A stretch of 64,000 bases of DNA from Endomicrobiales bacterium. Lineage in GTDB: Bacteria; Elusimicrobiota; Endomicrobiia; Endomicrobiales; JALOBY01. The stretch is taken from positions 96,001 to 160,000 of the forward strand of contig CAWCNJ010000008.1 in the NCBI GenBank assembly GCA_963796955.1. The letters run 5' to 3'. Of the stretch, positions 48,802 through 57,122 are shown one piece after another (the stretch's first letter is position 1; every line of letters starts with the position of its first letter). Both the position numbers and the translations under genes were made by a program. The notes under the pieces were generated by a model. The model was not told the origin of the DNA. It saw only the letters and a program-made list of their open reading frames with translations, and did not search any database.

Positions 48802-49973
48802 GAGCGTTGCTGTCTGCATGCGGTGTACTGTTAAGTTCATGCGCGACCTGGCAGCAGGTTACGGTCTACCCGGGCTTGAATGTTTCGAACGAGGTGATCG
48901 TTAAACCTGAATTACAGAAACTGTTGTCAGAAAAAAAACCGGACCTGAAGGTAACGCTCAGGGTGCCTGCCGTTCCTAAGGACATCACGCAGGAAAACCA
49001 GAAAGAACTTGATCGCCGCTACGACTATATCGAGAGAGAATTGGCAAAATCCGGTTTCATTGTCAGGGATAGGGCATTGCTTGAAAAAGTCTTGAGCGAC
49101 GGCAAACCGGCAAGCTACCAGGAACTCGCAAAAACCATAGATACGGACCTGATACTGGAGATCGTTAATGTCGGCCCATGCAGCATGTCGCACAAAAAAT
49201 ATTTTGACCAGAATGCCGGACATCTGGTCGAGATCAACAAGCTGGTGCCCGATGAGAAGAAACCCGATACGCTGCCTTTTGAAATGCAGGGCGGCCGCCT
49301 TGACTGCCGCGTGATAACGGTGAAAGACGCTTCTGTCTCAGGCCTGTTCACGATCTATAATTTCCCGTGCGAGGGCGTGTGCGCTTTTGAGGTGTTGCCC
49401 GGCAAGGAGTGGCGCAACCCGGAACCGAATTACGAAAACGTCAGGGGCTGGAACGTCGGTAATGACGAGCAGAATATCAGGAAGCTGGCAACATTGCTGA
49501 TCCAGGTACTTAAGGACGGTCAGATAGTGATCTCTCACGTACAAAAGGGCGGGATAGCGGACAAGAACGGCGTCATGCCTGAAGACGTGATAATGAAGAT
49601 CAATGACCAGCCCGTATATAACTATACCCAGGCCCTTGAACTGCTGATAAAGGCCGAAGGGACGTTTGACTTGATGCTCAACAGAGAAGGTAAAACGGTA
49701 CGTATTCCCATAGCCAAACAGTTCGCCCAGCCTCTCGGGATGCAGGTGGTATACAGGATAAAAACCGATGTGCCAGCGGCACAGGCTGCGGTTGCGACGC
49801 CTGCTGCCGCACCGGCCCCGAACCCGGTGCCGGCCGCTGCCACACCTGCTGCTGCGCCGACCCCGGTTCCCGTCGAGATAAAGCAGGAAGAGAAAAAGCC
49901 TGCGGCCGCACCGGCAGCAACTTCGCCAAAAACAAAAAAGGCAGTCAGGAAAAAAACGGCCTTGACAGAATAA
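48783..49973 (+). CDS. Lipoprotein with PDZ domain and Ala/Pro/Thr/Lys-rich tail
   Basis: Lipobox LSSC; V.KGGIADKNGV..EDVIMKIND PDZ pattern; low-complexity C-terminus. Confidence 0.7.
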   Translation: MRKIIVGALLSACGVLLSSCATWQQVTVYPGLNVSNEVIVKPELQKLLSEKKPDLKVTLRVPAVPKDITQENQKELDRRYDYIERELAKSGFIVRDRALLEKVLSDGKPASYQELAKTIDTDLILEIVNVGPCSMSHKKYFDQNAGHLVEINKLVPDEKKPDTLPFEMQGGRLDCRVITVKDASVSGLFTIYNFPCEGVCAFEVLPGKEWRNPEPNYENVRGWNVGNDEQNIRKLATLLIQVLKDGQIVISHVQKGGIADKNGVMPEDVIMKINDQPVYNYTQALELLIKAEGTFDLMLNREGKTVRIPIAKQFAQPLGMQVVYRIKTDVPAAQAAVATPAAAPAPNPVPAAATPAAAPTPVPVEIKQEEKKPAAAPAATSPKTKKAVRKKTALTE

Positions 49974-49990
49974 CGATATTCTAATAATAT
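49962..49990 (+). promoter_or_regulatory. Promoter of the FMN-riboswitch operon
   Basis: TTGACA (49962-49967), 17 bp, TAATAT (49985-49990), about 10 nt before the aptamer. Confidence 0.7.
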
Positions 49991-50000
49991 GTAGTCAGTA

Positions 50001-50162
50001 GTTCTTCAGGGAAGGGTGAAAATCCCTATCGGCAGTGAAGGTCCCGTTCAACGGGACATAAGCCTGCGAGTCCCGCTAAGCGGGACAGGAATCTGTGTAA
50101 TTCAGATGCCGACGGTAAAACCCGGGGCGTACCCCCCGGGTAAAGTCCGGATGGAAGAAGAA
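50001..50162 (+). ncRNA. FMN riboswitch (RFN element)
   Basis: TCTTCAGGG.AGGGTGAAA.TCCC.A.CGGCAGT...AGCCTGCGAG...GTGTAATTC...GCCGACGGT...AGTCCGGATGGAAGAAGA; compensatory GCAG/CTGC; upstream of rib genes. Confidence 0.95.
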
Positions 50163-50167
50163 TATAT

Positions 50168-51970
50168 ATGAGATCACTTACCAAAAATACTGGCGTTATC
50201 TTTTCATTGTGGTTCATCCTGCTTGCCGGGGTAACCGCATATCTGCCGACGTTGCACAATAGTTTCGTTAACCTTGATGATAACATCATGGTTACCGAAA
50301 ATCCCGTTGTAAAAACACTCAACCTGCGTAATATCAAAACAATACTTACCGAACCGCACGCGGGACTCTACCATCCGGTAGTACTGCTTTCATATGCGGT
50401 AGAGTATCATTTTGCGGGCCTTGATCCCGCGGTGTTCCACGCAACGAACCTCTTTCTTCACGTAACCTCCTGTCTGCTGGTGTTCTGGCTGATCTATCTT
50501 CTTTGCGGCAGTAAATCGACCGCCTTTGTTTCGGGCCTTCTATTCGCCGTGCACCCGCTGCATGTGGAATCAGTCGCCTGGATCAGCGAAAGAAAGGACA
50601 TGTTGTACGCCGTCTTCTTTCTTTCGGCTATGATCAGCTATCTCTACTTTCGTATAAAGCTTTCGCGCACCGGTTATTTGCTGGCCTTATTATTCTTTGT
50701 CCTGTCGTTGTTGTCAAAGCCTATGGCCATCACACTGCCGGCGGTGCTGTTGTTGCTGGATTATCTGAAGGAAAACCGCCTGAACAGCCGCGATTGGGAG
50801 AATAAAATACCGTTCTTATTTTTAGCTATTGTGTTCGGGTGCGTCGCGCTTGGCGCGCATTATCCCGAAACGGCGCTGTCGGCGGGCAAAGGCACTATGT
50901 TCTCCTTAGTCCCTCATTCGCTTAATGCCGCCTTTAACATTATCTTTTATATAAAAAAATTCTTTCTGCCGACCAGTCTTGCCTGCGCCTATCCCTATTC
51001 GACAAAACTCTACACGGTGATACCCGGGTATTATTACTCAGCTGTTCCTCTGGCGGCGGCTTTTATCGCCTTGGCTGTTTCTATTTCCAAACGCTCAAAA
51101 ACGATCGCGTTCGGTATTCTCTTTTTTCTTGTCACGGTCGCGCCCGTACTGCAATTGGTCCCGGTCGGCATTGAACTGCCCGGCGACAGATACATGTACC
51201 TGCCTTCTATAGGGCTGATCTATATTGTTGCAGTCGGCTTGATAAAACTATACAAGGGCGATAACACGGTCCTTCGGGGAGTCTCAGTATTGCTGATCGC
51301 CGGTATATCTATTTCTCTGGCCGGTGCTACGATACGGCAAACTAAGGTTTGGCACGACAGCCTTTCCCTGTGGGATAGCGCGATAGCCCGGTACCCTTCG
51401 GTGTATTTTTCATACCTGAACAGGGCCGATGCCTGGCAGGAGAAAGGCAATTATGCTCTCGCCTTCGCCGATTACGAAACCTGTCTGCGCCTGAAGCCGG
51501 ATTGCGCGAAGGCCTATAATAACCGCGGGAATCTCTACGCCCGGCTTAACGATACTTCCCGGGCGCTCAATGATTACGCCGTTGCGATCGGCATTGCGAA
51601 AACATACGCCGCGCCTTACTACAACAGGGCGGTGCTGTTAGCCCGTATGGGACGAACGGATGAAGCCGCCGGGGATTACTTGTCCGCTATCGAACGGAAC
51701 CCCCGCGATGTTATGAGTTACAACAATCTGGCGGTTATCAGCGCAAGACGCCATGATTTTCACGAGGCGATCAAACTGTTGAGCAGTGCTATCAGTATCG
51801 ATGGTAATCTTTTTGAGGCTTACCGTAACCGAGGGTGCGCGTATGCCTGCCTGAACCAAAACTATCTTGCGATGAAAGACGCCGCGGCCCTGGATACGTT
51901 CGGGCACCGGCAGGACGCCGCATTTATACGGCATATTCTGAAGAAAGAGGCGGCAGATGGAAGTTTGTGA
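50168..51970 (+). CDS. TMTC-like multi-pass membrane protein (GT-C fold, putative protein O-glycosyltransferase) with TPR repeats
   Basis: FVNLDD, YHP, FHATNLFLH, LFAVHPLHVESVAWISERKD, LLSK, DRYMYLPS, W.DSLSLW, then TPRs (AYNNRG, YYNRA). Confidence 0.8.
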   Translation: MRSLTKNTGVIFSLWFILLAGVTAYLPTLHNSFVNLDDNIMVTENPVVKTLNLRNIKTILTEPHAGLYHPVVLLSYAVEYHFAGLDPAVFHATNLFLHVTSCLLVFWLIYLLCGSKSTAFVSGLLFAVHPLHVESVAWISERKDMLYAVFFLSAMISYLYFRIKLSRTGYLLALLFFVLSLLSKPMAITLPAVLLLLDYLKENRLNSRDWENKIPFLFLAIVFGCVALGAHYPETALSAGKGTMFSLVPHSLNAAFNIIFYIKKFFLPTSLACAYPYSTKLYTVIPGYYYSAVPLAAAFIALAVSISKRSKTIAFGILFFLVTVAPVLQLVPVGIELPGDRYMYLPSIGLIYIVAVGLIKLYKGDNTVLRGVSVLLIAGISISLAGATIRQTKVWHDSLSLWDSAIARYPSVYFSYLNRADAWQEKGNYALAFADYETCLRLKPDCAKAYNNRGNLYARLNDTSRALNDYAVAIGIAKTYAAPYYNRAVLLARMGRTDEAAGDYLSAIERNPRDVMSYNNLAVISARRHDFHEAIKLLSSAISIDGNLFEAYRNRGCAYACLNQNYLAMKDAAALDTFGHRQDAAFIRHILKKEAADGSL

Positions 51971-53042
51971 TATTACATTCATGAAACGGGCCATAGCGCT
52001 GGCAAGGCTCGGCAAGGGCCAGGTTGAACCAAACCCCATGGTCGGGGCCGTGCTGGTAAAAAACGGCAAAGTGATCGGGGAAGGTTATCACAAGAAATTC
52101 GGCGGACCCCATGCCGAGATACACGCACTGGCTGCGGCCGGACAGAATGCAGGCGGCGCAACCGTATATGTAACCCTTGAACCGTGTAACCATCAGGGAA
52201 AGACACCGCCTTGCACGGACGCATTGATAAAAGCCGGCGTAAAAACAGTTTTTGCCGCTACGTACGACCCAAATCCGCGGGTCGCGGGCGCCGGTATCGC
52301 CCGTCTCAAGAGAGCGGGGATCGAAACGAATATCGGACTTCTCGCTTCTTCCGCCCGGAAACTGCTGACCGGTTACCGTAAACATGTTGCCTGCTGCAAG
52401 CCTCATGTTATCGTAAAGATGGCTATGTCGCTGGATGGGAAGATCGCCTCGCGGACAGGTAACTCAAAATGGATAACCGGCACTCGGGCCAGGGAATGGG
52501 TGCACGTGCTGCGCAGTAAAATGGATGCGGTGCTGGTGGGCATTGGTACGGTTTTGGCTGATGATCCGGAATTGACCAGCCATGGCAAGGGGCGCAATCC
52601 CATCAGGGTGATTATTGATAAAGATCTGGCAATACCGCTTAAAAGCAAGGTTTTAAATACAAAAATAGCGCCAACAATAGTAATCCACAGCACAGAAAAC
52701 CACAGACAAAAGATCGCGCGGCTCATAGAAATGGGTGTTTTGCCTGTTTTCATAACGAATGCTTTGGAACCATACTTCAAGTATGTTATTCAACAATTAT
52801 CAAATATGTCTGTGTTTTCAATACTAATTGAGGGTGGCGGTGAAACGGTTGCTGCAGCCTTGAAAGCTAAAGTGGTAGATGAGTATTTTCAATTTATCGC
52901 ACCAAAATTAGTAGGAGGAAGAGAGGCAAAAACACCTGTGGAAGGTCTGGGGATAACTCAAATTTCGCAGGCGGTGACCTTTAAGAGTGTGAAGTACGGT
53001 AAAATCGGCCAGGACATACTGGTTAAAGGCCGGATCAAATAA
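51957..53042 (+). CDS. ribD: Bifunctional deaminase/reductase RibD
   Basis: PNPMVGAV, HAE, TLEPCNH.GKTPPC, SLDGKIA, SKWIT, DDPEL, EGGG. Confidence 0.96.
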   Translation: MEVCDITFMKRAIALARLGKGQVEPNPMVGAVLVKNGKVIGEGYHKKFGGPHAEIHALAAAGQNAGGATVYVTLEPCNHQGKTPPCTDALIKAGVKTVFAATYDPNPRVAGAGIARLKRAGIETNIGLLASSARKLLTGYRKHVACCKPHVIVKMAMSLDGKIASRTGNSKWITGTRAREWVHVLRSKMDAVLVGIGTVLADDPELTSHGKGRNPIRVIIDKDLAIPLKSKVLNTKIAPTIVIHSTENHRQKIARLIEMGVLPVFITNALEPYFKYVIQQLSNMSVFSILIEGGGETVAAALKAKVVDEYFQFIAPKLVGGREAKTPVEGLGITQISQAVTFKSVKYGKIGQDILVKGRIK

Positions 53043-53043
53043 T

Positions 53044-53664
53044 ATGTTCACCGGGATCATAGAGGACCTTGGCACAGTGGATTCAATGGCCAAAGGCGTT
53101 ATTACGGTTAAAACAAGACTTGCTGATATCGCTATTGGCGATAGTGTTGCCATTAACGGTATTTGCCTGACAGCCACCGCTGTAAAGAATACTATTCTTT
53201 CATTTGATTTTACACCTGAAACGCTGTCTGTGACAACCATCTCAACTCTTAAGATTGGGGAAAAAGTGAATTTAGAACGCGCTATGAAAGCTTCCGGACG
53301 GCTTGGCGGACATATCGTAAGCGGTCACGTTGAAGCGATTGGCGGCGTGCTCTCAGTTACCAGGACGGGTAACTCCCATGTTTTCAAATTCTCATTGCCT
53401 GAAAACATCGAACGGTATGTTGTAGCAAAAGGCTCGATAGCGATAGACGGCATATCCCTGACCGTCGTTGAAACCGGAAAAGATTGGTTCACGGTATCAG
53501 TGATACCGCATACCATGGACACGACCACGCTTCAGACACGCAAGCGCGGAATGAAGGTGAACCTGGAGGCCGATATACTGGCCAGATATAATGAAAAAAC
53601 GCGGGCCAACGATGCCCGGCCCCGTCTGAGCAGCAGCTTCCTTAAGGAGAATGGATTTTTATGA
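53044..53664 (+). CDS. ribE: Riboflavin synthase
   Basis: MFTGII, GDSVAINGICLT, VNLERA, GGHIVSGHV, KGSIAIDGISLT. Confidence 0.97.
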   Translation: MFTGIIEDLGTVDSMAKGVITVKTRLADIAIGDSVAINGICLTATAVKNTILSFDFTPETLSVTTISTLKIGEKVNLERAMKASGRLGGHIVSGHVEAIGGVLSVTRTGNSHVFKFSLPENIERYVVAKGSIAIDGISLTVVETGKDWFTVSVIPHTMDTTTLQTRKRGMKVNLEADILARYNEKTRANDARPRLSSSFLKENGFL

Positions 53665-54869
53665 AGAAAGATTTCGCATCGATACCGGTCGCGCTTAATG
53701 AAATAAGGAAGGGGAATGCCGTCGTTGTTGTGGACGATCCTGACAGGGAGAATGAGGGCGACCTGGTGTTTGCAGCCGAGAAAGTTACGCCTAAGCTGAT
53801 AAACTTCATGGCGACATTCGGGCGCGGCCTTATCTGCATGCCCATGGAAGGTGAGCGCCTGGATAAGCTTGATATACTGCCGATGGTCGCGGTCAACACC
53901 GATAAGCGCGAGACGGCTTTTACGGTTTCGGTAGACGCTAAAGAAGGCACGACGACCGGGATATCGGCGCATGACCGTGCGACAACCGTTCTCTCTCTCA
54001 TATCGCCCAAGGCAAAAGCCGGGGATTTCGCCCGGCCCGGGCATATATTCCCCTTGCGTTATAAAACCGGCGGGGTTCTGGTCCGCACAGGGCATACTGA
54101 AGCATCCGTTGACCTTGCCCGCATGGCCGGTTTATACCCCGCGGGGGTCATCTGCGAGATAATGCATGAGAACGGCACGATGGCGCGGCTGCCGGAGCTG
54201 ATGAAGTTTGCCCGCAGGCATCACATCAAGATAATAACTATCTCAGACTTGATAGAGTATCGGCGTAAAACAGAAAAACTAGTGAAGAAACTGGATGTCG
54301 TGAACCTGCCGACGCACCACGGCAGTTTTAAACTGCACCTGTATGAAGACCAGATAACGAAAGATAATCATATTGCCCTGGTCAAAGGTGAGGTTTGCGG
54401 TAAAAAGAGCGTGCTCACCCGCGTTCATTCGTCCTGCACGACCGGCGATATCTTTCATTCCATGCGCTGCGACTGCGGACAACAGCTGCTCTGCGCGATG
54501 GAAAAGATAGAAAAAGAAGGAGCGGGTGTTGTGCTGTATATGAATCAGGAAGGCCGCGGTATCGGCCTTGCCAACAAGATCCATGCCTACAAACTGCAGG
54601 AGCAGGGGATGGATACCGTTGAGGCCAATCTTGCCCTCGGTTTTCCGGCAGATCTGCGCGATTACGGCATCGGGGCGCAGATACTTGCCGATCTTGGTCT
54701 GACAACGATCCGGCTCATGACGAACAATCCGAGAAAGATAAAGGGGATAACCGGCTACGGCCTAAAAGTAGTTGAGCGGGTCCCGCTTCAGATACAACCA
54801 TTGTCCGCGAACAAAAGATATCTCAAAACGAAACAAAAAAAGATGGGACATTTGCTGAATATTATTTAA
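53661..54869 (+). CDS. ribBA: Bifunctional DHBP synthase / GTP cyclohydrolase II
   Basis: DRENEGD, TTGISAHDR, RPGHIFPL, GHTEA, RVHSSC, RCDCG.QL, QEGRGIG, TNNP. Confidence 0.97.
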   Translation: MKKDFASIPVALNEIRKGNAVVVVDDPDRENEGDLVFAAEKVTPKLINFMATFGRGLICMPMEGERLDKLDILPMVAVNTDKRETAFTVSVDAKEGTTTGISAHDRATTVLSLISPKAKAGDFARPGHIFPLRYKTGGVLVRTGHTEASVDLARMAGLYPAGVICEIMHENGTMARLPELMKFARRHHIKIITISDLIEYRRKTEKLVKKLDVVNLPTHHGSFKLHLYEDQITKDNHIALVKGEVCGKKSVLTRVHSSCTTGDIFHSMRCDCGQQLLCAMEKIEKEGAGVVLYMNQEGRGIGLANKIHAYKLQEQGMDTVEANLALGFPADLRDYGIGAQILADLGLTTIRLMTNNPRKIKGITGYGLKVVERVPLQIQPLSANKRYLKTKQKKMGHLLNII

Positions 54870-54881
54870 AGGAGAAAAAAA

Positions 54882-55346
54882 ATGATCAAGACGCTTTCAG
54901 GCAAGATGGATGCATCGACAAAGAAGTTCGGTGTGGTGATAGCCAGGTTCAATGAGTTCATTACTTCAAAACTGCTCGACGGCGCAGTCGACGCGATCGT
55001 CCGCCACGGCGGAGACGAGCGCAATATAGAGGTCGCCTGGGTACCCGGCGCCTACGAGATACCTGCAGTAGCTCAGAAAATGTCAAAGGCCAAAAAGTAC
55101 GACGCGATAATCTGCCTCGGCTGCGTTATTAAAGGCGATACGCCTCATTTTGATTATGTGGCCGCTGAAGTTTCTAAAGGCGTCGCTCAGGCCGGTATGG
55201 ATAGCACCGTTCCTGTGATCTTTGGCGTGCTGACAACAGACAACATAGAGCAAGCTATTGAACGCGCAGGAACGAAGGCTGGCAATAAGGGCTCTGATGC
55301 GGCGCTTGCGGCAATTGAAATGGCGAACTTGTTCAAACAACTGTAA
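54882..55346 (+). CDS. ribH: 6,7-dimethyl-8-ribityllumazine synthase
   Basis: [42 protein letters not shown]. Confidence 0.97.
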   Translation: MIKTLSGKMDASTKKFGVVIARFNEFITSKLLDGAVDAIVRHGGDERNIEVAWVPGAYEIPAVAQKMSKAKKYDAIICLGCVIKGDTPHFDYVAAEVSKGVAQAGMDSTVPVIFGVLTTDNIEQAIERAGTKAGNKGSDAALAAIEMANLFKQL

Positions 55347-55350
55347 GTAA

Positions 55351-56982
55351 GTGATGATTCGATCACTTCGACGTTTACTTGATGACCATCCTGATGTGGT
55401 CGCTATTGTTGTAATGAGTACGCTTATTTTTGCTGTCTATGCTCGATCACTTTGGTTTGGCGTTTCTGGTTGGGATGATGTCGATCTATATCGGTACTGC
55501 AAAACCTTGGATCCCTCATTTGCATCGCTTAAGCACATTTTTACACATGTTCTTCTCACAGGCAGGTTCAATTATTATTATCGTCCGATCCTCGTTCTTC
55601 CTTTCTTAGCCGAGACACACCTGCCGAACACATATCTCGTTGCACATGCTATCAATATTGTGTTTCATTTAGGAACATGTCTCGCGTTTTATTTTATTCT
55701 CAAATATTTGAACGTCAAGCAGAGTAAAGCACTGTTTTTATCTTCAATATTCGCTGTTCATCCTGCGCTTACATCTGCCGTTGCATGGATCCCCGGAAGG
55801 AATGATTCCATGCTTGGTTTATGCCTGATGGGTTCTATGTTTTTTTTAATGAAGTTAATCGAAACCGGCAAGGCACGATATGCAGTATTTCATCTCTCTT
55901 TGCTGGCTGTTTCTCTTTTTACTAAAGAGACGGCAATTATTTATCTAATTTTCTTGGCACCCTATTTATTTTTGTTGCCGAGGACATTAATGACGGGCGA
56001 TCTAAAGATCAAACTATATCTTTGTTGGTTCATGGTGGCTATGCTTTGGATTGTGTTGAGGTCAAAGGCGGTTGGCCTATATCCTGCACAAGATTTATTA
56101 AATAATAAATATTTCTATACCATTATCCTTAGTTACATTGGTAAGGTCTTTGTACCGATTTATTTGTCAAACTTTCCCAGTCCCCAGGACCTGTATTGGC
56201 TATCAGGTCTGTTGGTCTTGATAGCTGGTATGGCGCTATTAATAAGGGCACGTTTCTGGAGGGATCTTGGCATGATGTTCGGTGTCACGTGGTTTGCAAT
56301 TGGTATCATTTCAGCTGCAATTTTTAATATCAGCAGCGCTTTTGAACATCGCCTATATGTGCCGATACTGGGGTTGTTGTTCATGTTTAAAGGATCCTCG
56401 TTGGTAAGCATATTGACAAAAAAAACAAAGACATGGGTGTGCATCATAATCATCTTGACGCTTGCATCATGCACTTTTGAATATACCTCTGTATACAAAA
56501 ACGAGCATACGTTCTGGAATAATGCGATCATCACATCGCCGCATAATTCGATCGCATACATAAAGATCGCCAATATCTTTTTGTTAGAAAATAAACCTGA
56601 TCTTGTCATTAGGTCATGTAAGATCGCATATACTATTTCACGGAACAGCGGGCTCATAGATTACAATAAGATTTATCCGATTACTACGCTCCTGGTTTTA
56701 GTTAATGATTTTACTGATGCTCAAAATATTCTTATTGAAACGACAAAGGCTAATCTTGGCCAGCCGGCCTGGTTGTACATTCAATACGCTCAAATATGTG
56801 AAAAAACAGGTGAAAATGTACACGCAATTGAACTCGCACGCCATGCTCTACGCATAGACAACGCGAATGCAGAGTATTGTATGTATTTGAGTAAACTTTT
56901 GTACAAACAAGGGAATACTCATAATGCAAGGATATATGAAACAATGGCTCTGCATGAGGGTCAGAGTGGAAAGAATGAGTAA
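55351..56982 (+). CDS. Second TMTC-like membrane protein with degenerate TPRs, AT-rich gene
   Basis: GWDD, YYRP, HAINIVFH, IFAVHP..TSAVAWIPGRND, LFTKE, EHRLYVP; start 55351 (GTG) or 55354 (ATG). Confidence 0.75.
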   Translation: MMIRSLRRLLDDHPDVVAIVVMSTLIFAVYARSLWFGVSGWDDVDLYRYCKTLDPSFASLKHIFTHVLLTGRFNYYYRPILVLPFLAETHLPNTYLVAHAINIVFHLGTCLAFYFILKYLNVKQSKALFLSSIFAVHPALTSAVAWIPGRNDSMLGLCLMGSMFFLMKLIETGKARYAVFHLSLLAVSLFTKETAIIYLIFLAPYLFLLPRTLMTGDLKIKLYLCWFMVAMLWIVLRSKAVGLYPAQDLLNNKYFYTIILSYIGKVFVPIYLSNFPSPQDLYWLSGLLVLIAGMALLIRARFWRDLGMMFGVTWFAIGIISAAIFNISSAFEHRLYVPILGLLFMFKGSSLVSILTKKTKTWVCIIIILTLASCTFEYTSVYKNEHTFWNNAIITSPHNSIAYIKIANIFLLENKPDLVIRSCKIAYTISRNSGLIDYNKIYPITTLLVLVNDFTDAQNILIETTKANLGQPAWLYIQYAQICEKTGENVHAIELARHALRIDNANAEYCMYLSKLLYKQGNTHNARIYETMALHEGQSGKNE

Positions 56983-57122
56983 ACCTATCTACTGTTAAAG
57001 AGTAATACACTATATGCCGTACAATTGTTGGCGCGCAGATGCACAATTTCTTCTTTATTTTTCCAGCCTAATTTGATAAAATCCTTTAATTGGCAATTAT
57101 ATTTTTCAAAGGATACTCCTTT

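Noticed and set aside
50001..50162. Altered-specificity FMN riboswitch variant
   Set aside because: Core junction nucleotides look canonical and rib genes are in the same operon
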